Shown: positions 9,138 to 19,910, numbered from the stretch's first letter. The stretch is DNA of 64,000 bases from a virus (IMGVR_UViG_3300044557_000292:64001-128000), one strand, 5' to 3'. A program made the numbers and translations. Notes: a model not told the origin generated them from the sequence alone.

Positions 9138-11497
9138 CGCATAAGATGGATGACGACGATGCGGATTTGTGGATTGATCCCATGAGCCCCGCTAATACTT
9201 CCGGTTCTGATCGTTTGGATGACGGGGATCGTGGGGAGACTATTGCTAGCAATGGTGATGACAAGGAGGCTCGCGTTCATGAAGATCATGATACTGGTGG
9301 TAGCCGGGCTCGTGAGGATCACGGCGTGGTCGGGGATGGTGGTGGAATCATGAATGACTATGAGGCCATTCTGGACGACGATCTGGGCGAGTGGGATGCC
9401 GGTAATCCTGGATCCCAGGGTGGTGCTCATTCTAATAAGATCGATGGCGACTCGGAGGGTCTTATCAGGGCTCTTGAGCATGAGCACGACGTTGATATTA
9501 GCATCCCCGATTCTTACGGGGTCTCGGTTGATGATCCTGATGCTTCCGAGGTCAGGGTTGAGGATGCGCTCAATGATGAATGGGCTGATCCCGATGGCGA
9601 CGTCATCCTTGTGAGTGAGACGATACGACGAGACGAGGACGATGCTGGAGTCGCCCACTCGTCTCAGGAGTCGGGTGGGGGAGATCTTAGTGACGGGGGT
9701 GATGCGGGTGGTAATGCTCCCATTGATGACGATACGGAAGATGGCGGCGTATGGGATCAGCCTCAGGATGATGGTGAAGAATCACCCCAGGATGCTGTGG
9801 GGTCAGGTGTTGTGGAGTCCATAGGGAATGCTGATCGCTCTAATGATCATGCAGTCCCAGGGGAAGAGCAGGACGATCATCTTGAATCCAATGATGCTCA
9901 TGAAGAATTGGGGGGTAACGCTGGTGTTGATACCGGTGATGATCATGAGAATCCTCCTATTACTGATGACTCTTCTAACGCTAGTGCCAACGATCACATC
10001 AAGCCTGATGCCATGCTAGATCAAGATCATGATGGTGTTGATGATCGTGAGGAATCACAGTCTATTGATGCTATGGCCATGCGGGCTGGCAGTGGCCAAC
10101 GTAGTGATGACGGCAGCCCTGCTGCTGGTAATGGTTCTGTGAGTCGTGAAGAGCTTAAGCTGGTCGTCCGGAATCTTGAAGAGCGTGCAGCCGGGCTTGG
10201 GGTAGATGGTTCTGGTGGTCAATTGGAGTCCGGGCTGCCGTTGCCGTCTAGCGATGCTGCTGTTGAAGACGATCATGCTGATGCTGTTCAGGTGAAGCCT
10301 ACCGCTGATGGGCTGAACAGGCTCATCGGCCCGAGTGATGTTGGTAGGGAGGCATTCGACGTTGACGCTATCCTGAATGACGCGATTGATCATAGGGCGT
10401 CTGATGTTCACATTATGGCTGGTAGGATGATCAAGCTTCGTATTGATGGCATCATGTACGGGTTCACGAAGTATGAGCCGATGGACTCGTATGACATGAA
10501 CGCCTTCGTGACTGACCCTGGTAATGGGCTTGTTGATGCTGACAATATGAATGAGTTCAGGAGGACGAAGTCTGTTGATAAGGCCTACGTGGTGAAGACG
10601 GGCAGGCATGTTGGGGAGAGGTTCAGGGTCCACATGGCCGAGGAGTTCCACGGGTATGGGTTCGTGTTCAGGCACGTGCGTCCAGAGATCTTCACCCCGG
10701 AGGAGATAGGGATACCAGATGACGTGATGGGGTGGACTAGGCTAGGTCAGGGTCTCATCCTTGTTACCGGTCCTACTGGATCGGGGAAGTCAGCAACTCT
10801 AGCCACTCTCATTAGGTCTATACAGTTGAATCGCGCCGTCAAGATCATCACGCTTGAGGAGCCGATAGAGACGCTGTACCCTCTTGACGGTCTTGCGGAC
10901 ATCTGGCAGAAGGAGATTCCCGATAATGAGGACGAGTTCGAGCAGGGCGTTCGTGACGCGATGCGTGAGGATCCAGACGTCATGCTGATTGGAGAGATCA
11001 GGGATATCGGTACGCTGCGGGCGACTATGCAAGCGTGTAATACCGGTCACCTCGTGTTCGCCACGATCCACGCGTCGTCAGCTCCTGACGTGATTACTCG
11101 TGTGATGGAGTTCGCTGGTGATGGATCTGACAGGGAGCAGTTGAGGTCGGATCTCGCGCGGAATCTTAGGGGCATCCTCTCACAGCGCCTCCTCCTGAGG
11201 AAGGGTGGCGCGGGTAGGCTGGCGGTTAGGGAGATCATGCATGTTGACGCTAAGACTCGTAGGCTCATCATTGGTAACGATGTTGACAAGATGACGAGGA
11301 GTCTTAAGATGCGTGGTGAGGATCTTGACTCGCAGGCTCTCCTCCTCGCTCTTGAGGGTAGGGTGTCCGTTAGATCTGCTCTGTCCGTCAGTGCTGATCC
11401 CAATGGGTTCATTGCTATGACATCATTACTCAGTGATAGAGCTAGGAGGCTTATTGATGCGGTAGGTGATTGGACGGGAGCCCCTCATGATGAGTGA
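9134..11497 (+). CDS. PilT/PilU-like secretion ATPase with ~390-aa acidic N-terminal extension
   Basis: ASDVHI, GPTGSGKS, ITLEEPIE, MREDPDVMLIGEIRD, TGHLVFATIHA, LRGILSQRL; 4-bp overlap with upstream gene. Confidence 0.9.
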   Translation: MTHKMDDDDADLWIDPMSPANTSGSDRLDDGDRGETIASNGDDKEARVHEDHDTGGSRAREDHGVVGDGGGIMNDYEAILDDDLGEWDAGNPGSQGGAHSNKIDGDSEGLIRALEHEHDVDISIPDSYGVSVDDPDASEVRVEDALNDEWADPDGDVILVSETIRRDEDDAGVAHSSQESGGGDLSDGGDAGGNAPIDDDTEDGGVWDQPQDDGEESPQDAVGSGVVESIGNADRSNDHAVPGEEQDDHLESNDAHEELGGNAGVDTGDDHENPPITDDSSNASANDHIKPDAMLDQDHDGVDDREESQSIDAMAMRAGSGQRSDDGSPAAGNGSVSREELKLVVRNLEERAAGLGVDGSGGQLESGLPLPSSDAAVEDDHADAVQVKPTADGLNRLIGPSDVGREAFDVDAILNDAIDHRASDVHIMAGRMIKLRIDGIMYGFTKYEPMDSYDMNAFVTDPGNGLVDADNMNEFRRTKSVDKAYVVKTGRHVGERFRVHMAEEFHGYGFVFRHVRPEIFTPEEIGIPDDVMGWTRLGQGLILVTGPTGSGKSATLATLIRSIQLNRAVKIITLEEPIETLYPLDGLADIWQKEIPDNEDEFEQGVRDAMREDPDVMLIGEIRDIGTLRATMQACNTGHLVFATIHASSAPDVITRVMEFAGDGSDREQLRSDLARNLRGILSQRLLLRKGGAGRLAVREIMHVDAKTRRLIIGNDVDKMTRSLKMRGEDLDSQALLLALEGRVSVRSALSVSADPNGFIAMTSLLSDRARRLIDAVGDWTGAPHDE

Positions 11498-11844
11498 TGG
11501 AGTAGTCCTGTCCATCGTGGATGATCCTTTTAACAATCATCCTTCCTATAAGATCTTATGGGTGTAACTGATAATGCCGTAGATTCTCGTGCCTAAAACT
11601 GTAATTCTATAGTGATTTAGCCCAATGGAAGTTACGTTATACACTAGGCCGCTTTTACGCCCATTTCCATTCAGACTATCATCAGAATCATAGTAGACTG
11701 TTGCGTTCTTACTATACTCAAATCTCACGTCGTTACATGTGATGGATAATCATCCATTCGAGGGCAATCCTACGCAACATGCCGCTATTCTGAAAGGTAA
11801 GGATATCTTGAGATGGATTGATGATTCTTATCGATGCGGGGAGA

Positions 11845-12051
11845 TCACATCATGTGCTGCCGACCGATACCATGCTTGATAAGAGTCTTGTTCAGCGGCG
11901 TCGTGGTAATGAGGGCGATCAGCAGGGTCGTCCCCATTGACGCCCAGTATCTTAATGAGAATCCCGAGTCCATGGATCGCGGTAAGAATATCATTACCAG
12001 GTTGTGACTTTCCCCCACGGTTGAGACAGGGGTTACGCCGCTGTCCGGCAA
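11845..12051 (-). pseudogene. Fragment resembling the C-terminus of DUF4396 membrane proteins
   Basis: NLVMIFLPRSMDSG...YWASMGTTLLIALITTTPLNKTLIKHGIG; no full-length ORF. Confidence 0.35.
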
Positions 12052-12189
12052 TCATCCCCCTGGAAGATAAGATCATCTTCCAGTCTGCCAGTCTGTTCTT
12101 ACGAGCACATGAAGAGATATTGTGGATGAGCGCAAGCTTCTAATCAACCCCGTAGGGCGTAGATTGATCTTTAAGAGCATGATTACGGT

Positions 12190-12250
12190 ATGCGTGAAAA
12201 AAACACGTTCCGCAGAAGATCTCTCGTTAGAACGCATCCTGAGACGTATG
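12190..12250 (+). repeat. Partial copy of the dispersed hairpin element
   Basis: GTGAAAAAAACACG core followed by CGTTAGAACGCATCC right arm. Confidence 0.55.
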
Positions 12251-12337
12251 AGCGTGTGCTAGGAGTTACCGCTTAACCCCATCAGCGATAGACGCCGAAT
12301 CCGTGTCTTATGAGCACGGATAAGTGAGTGTGGTTAA

Positions 12338-13027
12338 CTACTTCTTCACTCCACTCATGATCTGTAGCAGGTTCAGGAAAATGTTCACGAAGTCAAGGTA
12401 CAAGCTGAGGGCAAGCATGGTCGTAAGATTCTCTGTTGACGTGCTTCCATCATACTGGACGTACTTCACCTTCTGGGCGTCATGCGCGGTAAGCCCGGCG
12501 AATATGATGAGGGAGACAGCGCTCGCGATCATCCATAATACTGGAGCGTTGATGAAGAAGAGAATGATCTCCACGACGATGAGTACGATGAGGGCGACGC
12601 TGGCAACAGTTCCAACCCTCGTGAGATCTTTACGCGTGGTTAGTCCGATGAACGCGAGCGCGGCGAAGTACAGGGCAGATACGATGAAAGCAACCAGTAT
12701 CATTCCAGGATCATAGTGCTGCAGTGCTCCTCCTGTGAGTGCGCCCATGTAGACAGACTCGAAGGCAAGCATCCCGTACATTGCGATCGGGTTCATGGTT
12801 TGTACCCTAGAACCCATCAAAATGTTCAGCACTATTACGATGATGAACCCTATGATTGATGGCCCGGTTGCCAGGTTAACCCCCTGCGATAGCATGAACC
12901 CAGCGGCGAGGGCGCTCACGATCACGGCCAGGGCCATCTTCCCGAAGACTCTACCAAGCGTTCTGGAGTCAACTCCAAGGGCGCTAGATTCCGTGTTGTT
13001 CTCAAGACCGGTATACAGATCCGACAT
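12338..13027 (-). CDS. Bax inhibitor-1/YccA family membrane protein
   Basis: About 7 TM segments; IFAGLTAHDAQK and ALSLYLDFVNIFLNLLQI signature. Confidence 0.92.
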   Translation of the reverse strand: MSDLYTGLENNTESSALGVDSRTLGRVFGKMALAVIVSALAAGFMLSQGVNLATGPSIIGFIIVIVLNILMGSRVQTMNPIAMYGMLAFESVYMGALTGGALQHYDPGMILVAFIVSALYFAALAFIGLTTRKDLTRVGTVASVALIVLIVVEIILFFINAPVLWMIASAVSLIIFAGLTAHDAQKVKYVQYDGSTSTENLTTMLALSLYLDFVNIFLNLLQIMSGVKK

Positions 13028-13083
13028 ATGTGTAACCTCCTATTAGATTTACATATGTAAGATATTCATGGTCGTATAACTAT

Positions 13084-13491
13084 TTATTCGACTGAATCCT
13101 CATCCTCATTAGAATATTCACCATCCTGATTCTCAACGATATCAGGATTGATTATGGCCACGTAGAATGTTCTATTATCAGGAGACTCGAACTTCTGGTA
13201 CTCGTTACGATCGCCCTCATCCCTCATGATTAGGATGCCCGCGTCGAGCATTGCGTCGAGGTACTTCTTCTTGTCTGACGGTATGTCGAATTCAGTTGAG
13301 TTCAAAGGAATGCCATGCAGTTCGGGATTAAACGTGATAATGTCCTCTCCGTCATCATTCCCGTCTTCATTATACTTCTTTACCTGAATCGCTGGAGCCC
13401 CGTTCTTATATGATGACATGAAGGGGATGAATGATCCCTTCTTATCATACGATATTTTCCTCTCGCTGAGCTGCTTGATCTCTCTTGACAT
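13084..13491 (-). CDS. Hypothetical protein
   Basis: 135-aa ORF with GGAGG SD. Confidence 0.7.
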   Translation of the reverse strand: MSREIKQLSERKISYDKKGSFIPFMSSYKNGAPAIQVKKYNEDGNDDGEDIITFNPELHGIPLNSTEFDIPSDKKKYLDAMLDAGILIMRDEGDRNEYQKFESPDNRTFYVAIINPDIVENQDGEYSNEDEDSVE

Positions 13492-13790
13492 TAAATCCTC
13501 CAGGTCTAGTATTCTTAGTGAGTACGATTAGTCGTATTCGCCTTACGTAATTCATTGTAACGTTTTATGAGGAAGATGTCATCTAGGATTAGAATGGCGT
13601 CCGTGACTGTAGGGGCTATCTTACTTTTGCTCTAGTCATCAGCATCCTCGAGATCGTCTAATCCACGGGCGATCTCATTGAAATCATCGCGCATGCGAGC
13701 CCTGTCATCCATGCGTTTCCTCGCATCCTCCATGATCCCGCTAACCACAGGCCAGCGCAATGACCCTCAACGTAGTCATGGATCCCTCGA

Positions 13791-14063
13791 TCACCTAACC
13801 TTCGAGACCATGTTAATGAATGCGTCAGCCTGATCGAGGGTGAGCTTGTTCTCAGCGACGAGGAGTAGAACATCGTCATAGGAATTGCCTGGGAGGGCAG
13901 TGTCTACGCTATCGTCCTCATATTGGTCATCAGGAGTGATCTGCTGGTACCTGGGGATCTTCTCGGCAAGCTCACTCGCGCGATTATCATCAATGTCACC
14001 ACGTCCCCATGCTAGGGCAATGCTCTTCAACGTGTTGGCCATGTCAACATCTCCTGTCATCAT
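13791..14063 (-). CDS. Small acidic protein downstream of zeta-like gene (possible antitoxin/partner)
   Basis: 90-aa ORF, co-oriented; function inferred from position only. Confidence 0.55.
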   Translation of the reverse strand: MMTGDVDMANTLKSIALAWGRGDIDDNRASELAEKIPRYQQITPDDQYEDDSVDTALPGNSYDDVLLLVAENKLTLDQADAFINMVSKVR

Positions 14064-14142
14064 TCCTGATTAGCTGCAATTTCATTGTATCATGGATTCC
14101 TGCATGATGTCATTTTATCAAGTCCCGCGCGTCTACTCTATA

Positions 14143-15258
14143 TTAGCCCATGATCATTGAGATGGAATCACCGGAGAAGTCAGAGTAACTCACCCTGGTG
14201 GGCTTGACACCATCTATGTTATTATTCCAAATCTCCGGTTCTTCCGTGAACACTCCGGCGCGGTGGAGCTCAACTACCGCCTTGGCATTCTTGCTCTTAA
14301 AGTTGGGATCATCAGATCTGTTCTTATCGATGACTGATTTGGGAAGCCATCGTCCACCGTTTCCGCGGCCAAGGGCAGTATAGTTGTCCATCCCGCGTTG
14401 ATATCGTGATTCTGCTCTACCTACGCTTACATCAGGATCAATGTCAACGAACACAGCCTTGATGTCTTTATAGCCGGACGATCTTAGAAGATCGATCTTA
14501 CTCTGGATCTTTTTAGCATTCCCCATGGTCCCATCAATGATGATGTTGATCTTCCTGGAGGCCGCTTCCATCAAGATCATCTTAGTTATGTCTGACGCCT
14601 CCTCATGGACTAACGGGCACGCCTCCATTGGTGTGAGACCCTTGATTCTCGGAATCTTACCCCTCCTGGCGAGCTCTTCCTTAATGTCATCGTTATTGAT
14701 GACAAGATATGATTTAGGATCATATCCGGCCATCTTAAGAACGGTGGTCTTACCCGCTCCCCCAAGCCCACCGGTAAACAGAACCTTGCCCTCACGCTTG
14801 ACGTTCTTAGCTGATTTCATTACCTTCTCCACAATGTCGAGATGAAGAGCTTGCCGTTCTTTATCATAAACACGAACGCCCTCCGGGAGGATTCTGGTGT
14901 GACTGCTCCTAGTGTCCTTATGAGCTTTCACGGCTGCGTTCGTCACGTCCTCAACGAACGCTTTACGGTAGTCACGATCTAGCTTGCTGATCTGAGTATG
15001 ATTCCTGATGGCGTCATTTAGGATTCGCTTCTGGTACTCAGCTCTTTCGACCAGGGATGGTGGAGTCCGTTTTGACAAAGCCTGCGTACTGGCGTTATTC
15101 TTATTGATCTGTTCTAGCCTATGTTCTAATTCCTTCCTGCTACCCGCAGTGAGGTGCTCTGATTCATTATGGATTCTACACGGTCTTCCTTCCTCGGTCA
15201 TGCATTGAGCCCATGACCCGTCGGGCTTCTGATGCCATGTTTCAGCAGGTCTCCTCAT
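14143..15258 (-). CDS. Zeta-toxin-family P-loop kinase with N-terminal Cys/His module
   Basis: FTGGLGGAGKTT, INNDDIKEEL, LVHEEAS, IIIDGTM, GGRWLP; start MRRPAETW after GGAG. Confidence 0.85.
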   Translation of the reverse strand: MRRPAETWHQKPDGSWAQCMTEEGRPCRIHNESEHLTAGSRKELEHRLEQINKNNASTQALSKRTPPSLVERAEYQKRILNDAIRNHTQISKLDRDYRKAFVEDVTNAAVKAHKDTRSSHTRILPEGVRVYDKERQALHLDIVEKVMKSAKNVKREGKVLFTGGLGGAGKTTVLKMAGYDPKSYLVINNDDIKEELARRGKIPRIKGLTPMEACPLVHEEASDITKMILMEAASRKINIIIDGTMGNAKKIQSKIDLLRSSGYKDIKAVFVDIDPDVSVGRAESRYQRGMDNYTALGRGNGGRWLPKSVIDKNRSDDPNFKSKNAKAVVELHRAGVFTEEPEIWNNNIDGVKPTRVSYSDFSGDSISMIMG

Positions 15259-15465
15259 GAGTTCACGCTCCGTTTGATACTTATAGTTTTTGCACGTTGT
15301 GAAAAGAAATCTAACTAAAAATGAACATGATGATAATACGATCAGCACCCACAGACTCTATCAAACAGATTGGTCAATTAGTACAGAAATAGTCTCTTGT
15401 AGAAGCATGGGCGCGGTACTATCTTCAATGATATTTTCATATTGCCATGTAAGGGAGGGATCATC

Positions 15466-15657
15466 ATGAGGAAGGATACGGTAATAGCCGCCATCATAGG
15501 GTTCATTGTCGGATGGTTGACGGCAGGATCTGTTATTAGAATCGTCAACTTGGATAGGACGAGGAAGGACTCATGGAGTGAAGCATGGAGGAACTCTGCT
15601 AGTCCTGTTAATCTTCACCCGATGGGTGATGGAAGGGAGGATGATTTCAAGTTATGA
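15466..15657 (+). CDS. Small membrane protein
   Basis: GGGAGG SD, MRKDTVIAAIIGFIVGWL; overlaps pyrD start by 4 bp. Confidence 0.6.
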   Translation: MRKDTVIAAIIGFIVGWLTAGSVIRIVNLDRTRKDSWSEAWRNSASPVNLHPMGDGREDDFKL

Positions 15658-16859
15658 GTGATAGTAATCCAAGCAGTGCCAGGAGGTTTGGGGGCGGAAG
15701 CCTCGTATCCAATTGGAATAATCTTAAGAGTACGAGGTATGGTAGAGCGCCGTTGGGGGTAAGATTCTTCCAATGTGGGTACAAGCGTGTTGGTAAACCG
15801 TTCATCTTCATGATGGAACCTGATAAGGCTCACGACCTCACGGTGACCATGTCGGAGAGGTTTGGTGGGATCGCCATGTTCGATCGGCTACTCCATGATC
15901 TACTATCTGTTGATGATGACAGGTTGAAGACGACTGTGATGGGCAATACGTACAATAACCCGTTCGGACTGGCCGCAGGTCTGGATAAGAACGCTCAACT
16001 GCTTAAGATTCTAGACGCGGCTGGGTTCGGATTCTCATCCTTCGGATCTATGACGTACGAGCAATGTGATGGTAACCCCCGCCCGTGGTTCCATCGTCTT
16101 CCACAATATGACTCCCTCCTCATCCACGCTGGGCTTCCCAATGTTGGTGCTGGTAAGGTACTTGATAAGAGTGACGAGATCACCACGCCGTACGGTCTGG
16201 TTCGGCACGCATCTGTTGGGTTCACAAATAAGACGTACCCCGGCGGCGTTAAGGAGATGATAGCAGACTTCACGAATGCTGTCAGACTTGACATGGAATC
16301 GAAGACGAATGTGGTCGAGGTGAATATCAGTTGTCCTAACCTTACCGAGGGGAAGCCCTTCCAGGAGCCGGGCAATCTTGATGAGCTCTTCACGATCATT
16401 GATGGCATCAGGCCGTCAGATGGTAGTAAGCGTAAGCCGATCCTTGTTAAGATGCCAAATGCTGACACCAGGTTACTCGGAGCTCTCCTAGAAGTTCTGA
16501 ACGATCATGACGTTCAGGGTGTGGCCACCTGTAACCTTCTTGAGGATAGGACTGGGTATGAAGTGCCCTCTGACTGGGAGGGCTCGATGAGCGGCAAGCC
16601 CTGTCATCAACAAGCGCTCGACGCGGTGAAGTACACGAGGGATACGTACGGTGACAGGTTCGCGGTTGAGGGCATTGGAGGCGTCTTCACGGTGGAAGAC
16701 GCTCTTGAGATGATTGATGCTGGCGCTGATCTTGTGGGGTTCGTATCCACGCTCATGTTCAATGGTCCACAGCAGGCGTCGCTGTTCGCGTCCGGCCTAT
16801 TGAACGTGATCTCGTATTCAGAGCTGAGCGAAGCGGGTAAGATTAGAAGTCTAAGGTAA
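15654..16859 (+). CDS. pyrD: Dihydroorotate dehydrogenase (class 2-like)
   Basis: NPFGLAAGLDKNA, GNPRPWFHRL, EVNISCPN, LVKMP, SMSGKP, EGIGGVFT, AGADLV. Confidence 0.92.
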   Translation: MSDSNPSSARRFGGGSLVSNWNNLKSTRYGRAPLGVRFFQCGYKRVGKPFIFMMEPDKAHDLTVTMSERFGGIAMFDRLLHDLLSVDDDRLKTTVMGNTYNNPFGLAAGLDKNAQLLKILDAAGFGFSSFGSMTYEQCDGNPRPWFHRLPQYDSLLIHAGLPNVGAGKVLDKSDEITTPYGLVRHASVGFTNKTYPGGVKEMIADFTNAVRLDMESKTNVVEVNISCPNLTEGKPFQEPGNLDELFTIIDGIRPSDGSKRKPILVKMPNADTRLLGALLEVLNDHDVQGVATCNLLEDRTGYEVPSDWEGSMSGKPCHQQALDAVKYTRDTYGDRFAVEGIGGVFTVEDALEMIDAGADLVGFVSTLMFNGPQQASLFASGLLNVISYSELSEAGKIRSLR

Positions 16860-16862
16860 AGA

Positions 16863-17897
16863 GTGATGGGAATGAAGGTAAGAATCTCGATAAACGGTAA
16901 GTGGAAGATCACTCGTAAACAAGAACCGTGGGGTGATCGTGCATGGTCTAAAGAGCACCCCTCTATCTACAACGCTGTTCTCTTCTATTCCAATGACTCT
17001 TCCAACCAGTATGTTGGCGCGGCGTTGTATCCAGACTTCAAACCCTATCCATCAAAGAAGCTAGGAGACGATCATCTTATCAACGAGGCTATTTCCGAGT
17101 GTAGGGAAGAGCTTTCCTCTATGCTCACAGACGACATTGACTATGAGATGTCTCACGGGTATAAGAATCACGGACGTTCATCTGAAGATAATGATGATCA
17201 TGCGGATGGTGATCAGAACGTCTCTGAATCGAAGACGCATGATGACGCTGATCACTACGTTGGCGTTCCCTGGGTTGATCTTTCAAAGAACGCAGCCGGA
17301 CAGACCATGATGAATAGTCAAGACATAAAGCGTAATCCCGCTTCTCGTGAGAAGGGCTATAATGGCGAGTTGCAGACAGCGCGGGTTCTAAACCAGATCT
17401 GTGAACAGCACGATTGTTCCTATACGCTGAATAGCATCCCATTGAGGAATAATCTTGACCTTGATCATGTTCTCATCTGTAGGAAGGGAATCTTCATCAT
17501 TGATTCCAAGATGATCAATAAGGGGTATCTGGTGGACGGATCTTCCACATGGTACTGGGGTGAGACTGATCGTCGGGGATTCTATGATTGGGTAGAATAT
17601 GATGTTCAGAACGATCTCCTGAAGAATAGGGATCTCATCAAGCAGAGGCTCAGGGATCGGGGGTACGGGAACGTACCCGACACTCAGGGTCTTATTAGTC
17701 CGCTGATTGCCATGTGGGATGGCCAAGCCAGATTGAGATCATCAGCATCTGCCAAGCCGGCTGTTGAGTTTGTTAATGCTAATGATAATGGTCTTTATCA
17801 TGCTATTGATAGCAGTATTGATCACCCGTCTATACTAGAACCAGATCTTGTGGACGCTCTTTACTCGGATATGCGCCGCAGCACGTTCTGGCTATGA
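16863..17897 (+). CDS. NERD nuclease-domain protein
   Basis: GYNGELQTARVL...DLDHVLICRKGIFIIDSK. Confidence 0.85.
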   Translation: MMGMKVRISINGKWKITRKQEPWGDRAWSKEHPSIYNAVLFYSNDSSNQYVGAALYPDFKPYPSKKLGDDHLINEAISECREELSSMLTDDIDYEMSHGYKNHGRSSEDNDDHADGDQNVSESKTHDDADHYVGVPWVDLSKNAAGQTMMNSQDIKRNPASREKGYNGELQTARVLNQICEQHDCSYTLNSIPLRNNLDLDHVLICRKGIFIIDSKMINKGYLVDGSSTWYWGETDRRGFYDWVEYDVQNDLLKNRDLIKQRLRDRGYGNVPDTQGLISPLIAMWDGQARLRSSASAKPAVEFVNANDNGLYHAIDSSIDHPSILEPDLVDALYSDMRRSTFWL

Positions 17898-18004
17898 ATT
17901 GGTAGAAACGGTTGACCTTTCTTATGATTTCAATTGGAAGAGTGGACGGAAGCATAACCATAATCGCCAGTATGGTGATAAGTCGTGAATTCTACTGTCA
18001 CTGA

Positions 18005-19054
18005 CTAAGCGTTTACCCTAAGATCGTCCTCGCAGACTGGAATCAGGGGGTGGTTAGAATCACGCATGGCCGTCACCAGTGAATCCGTATTGATAGCATA
18101 GAGCCCCGCGTTCATGATCGAGTTCAGCTCGATGATACCGAGCTTACCGTTAATCATGCCAACGTCCATCACGTAATGCGGGATACCGCTCTCATCAGTC
18201 ACATCTTTGGCAGCATCTCGAACGAATGGAAGCAGTTGGCTCTCAATGATGTCGGATTCATACTGTTCACCAGATCCACGAACATCTTCCGTCTTATGAT
18301 CATAATCACTTCCATCATTCTGCAATGGCGTGTTCTCCTCAATGCAGCCAGCGCCCGTTACCGGTATGCCGTCAATGATGAAGAATCTGGTCTCATTCCT
18401 TATAATCGCGTCTTCCTGTAATAGGAATACGGAATCAAGCCCCTCACTTCTAACGCACTCCCACGTGATTGCCTCCCACGTGTCACTGTTGAAGAATTCC
18501 TGATCTGTTATCTTCACCATAAGATTCTTGGGGTGAATCATATCCTTCAACCATACAGAATCATGATTAGAGAGCATAGACGCAATCTTATTCCTAATGA
18601 TGCTCTCATCTGCCGGCAATAGACTCCACTCGCGATTGAGCCTGGAGGTTACAGTGTTAAGACTAGCATACCGATTGATCTCACTGTATGGCTCTATGAT
18701 AGCATCTGGCGTGGGAGGAGAGGTAATGTATCCCAACTGCGCACGATGCATAACGTCTTCAGGATTCTTCACCATCTTTCCACTGCAATCGTATGCCCGC
18801 ATCTTTCCGTCACGAATCGAGACGATCGTGTCCTTTGGTAGGAGTCTTAACCCGCTCTCCAGTCTTACAGCTTGCTCAGCCCAATCCTCATAGTCAACCG
18901 GCCCTACTGGTGAGACGTGTGGTTCAATATGCTTCATCCACGCTTGAACTACCTTACGAGTTCTCGTGGATACAATTCCGCCCTTTTCTCTAGACGCGAT
19001 CCCAATCCATGTCGGCATGGGTTGTGGTATGATGCTGATCTTCCACTTGTCCAT
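18005..19054 (-). CDS. ATP-grasp domain protein (R2K/DUF4343-like)
   Basis: ETRFFIIDG, YVMDVG, IIELNSIMNAGLYA. Confidence 0.75.
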   Translation of the reverse strand: MDKWKISIIPQPMPTWIGIASREKGGIVSTRTRKVVQAWMKHIEPHVSPVGPVDYEDWAEQAVRLESGLRLLPKDTIVSIRDGKMRAYDCSGKMVKNPEDVMHRAQLGYITSPPTPDAIIEPYSEINRYASLNTVTSRLNREWSLLPADESIIRNKIASMLSNHDSVWLKDMIHPKNLMVKITDQEFFNSDTWEAITWECVRSEGLDSVFLLQEDAIIRNETRFFIIDGIPVTGAGCIEENTPLQNDGSDYDHKTEDVRGSGEQYESDIIESQLLPFVRDAAKDVTDESGIPHYVMDVGMINGKLGIIELNSIMNAGLYAINTDSLVTAMRDSNHPLIPVCEDDLRVNA

Positions 19055-19067
19055 AGAAATAAGTTCT

Positions 19068-19910
19068 CTATTCTTTTACTCTGTAATGATTGTGAACGTG
19101 GATGCCATTCCGATCATAGGACCTTACGTGAATAGCCTTATGATTAAATTCTGTTGATACTGTAATATCGGTATGATAACCACTTTTATTTTGGTCTTGA
19201 TTGCTATTGTTCTTACTCGGTGGTGAAGAATTGCCTTCTAAACTATGAATCTCATTAAGACCTGATTTGTCTTCATTGAAATCAGAGAGCCAATTAATAA
19301 TCTCGTCATTTCTGTCAAGATAATAATCTGACAGTTTTTCATTGAACTCTACAGATTTTGAACCGGATGGAACTGTAAAATATTCATTATCTATACCGTG
19401 CTTAAGGAGAAGGCCGTTAGCCGCCAGTAATGCTGTTCGCTTATTCCCATCCCAGAACGGTTGCATCTTGGCAAGCATGGCGAAGCATATTGATGCTGAC
19501 ATCGAGATATTATCATTTGCTTCAGAATCACATTCTTTCATGATGTTGTCAACAGCGTCCACATCTGGTATAGGAGGAATGTACTGTTCTCCATAGATGG
19601 TATTCACTCCAATGTTCTCATTGTCCCTAATCTTTCCAGGCCATAATGAGGCAGTCCTCGTGATTCCAGAGTTAATTGCTTGAAGGAGGGTGTGATCAAA
19701 TGGAAGATGATCATAATCGTACTCTAGAGCTATTCTAGAGCACTCCTTGAGGTCAAGCATGAGATCCCTATTCTGGACCGTTGATAGGACGTCGGTATTA
19801 CCCGTTCTCAGGAACTCTTCAGTTGACATTCTTGTCCCCTTGAAGTCATCAAAGACCGTTCCCATGTCATAGAGTAACCCGGCAAGTTTTTTCACGTCCA
19901 TATTACTCAC
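19068..19910 (-). CDS. Fic/DOC family protein with variant active-site motif and C-terminal tag-like motif
   Basis: QPFWDGNKRTA (His to Gln versus HPFxDGNGR), PGKIRD; tail HVRSYDRNGIHVHNHYR. Confidence 0.85.
   Translation of the reverse strand: MSNMDVKKLAGLLYDMGTVFDDFKGTRMSTEEFLRTGNTDVLSTVQNRDLMLDLKECSRIALEYDYDHLPFDHTLLQAINSGITRTASLWPGKIRDNENIGVNTIYGEQYIPPIPDVDAVDNIMKECDSEANDNISMSASICFAMLAKMQPFWDGNKRTALLAANGLLLKHGIDNEYFTVPSGSKSVEFNEKLSDYYLDRNDEIINWLSDFNEDKSGLNEIHSLEGNSSPPSKNNSNQDQNKSGYHTDITVSTEFNHKAIHVRSYDRNGIHVHNHYRVKE

Noticed and set aside
6258-11412. Long antisense and alternate-frame Ile/Met-rich ORFs
   Set aside because: Shadows of GAT-rich acidic coding sequence on the + strand
11546-11728. 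AT-rich 60-aa ORF
   Set aside because: Too short and without support; may be a fragment
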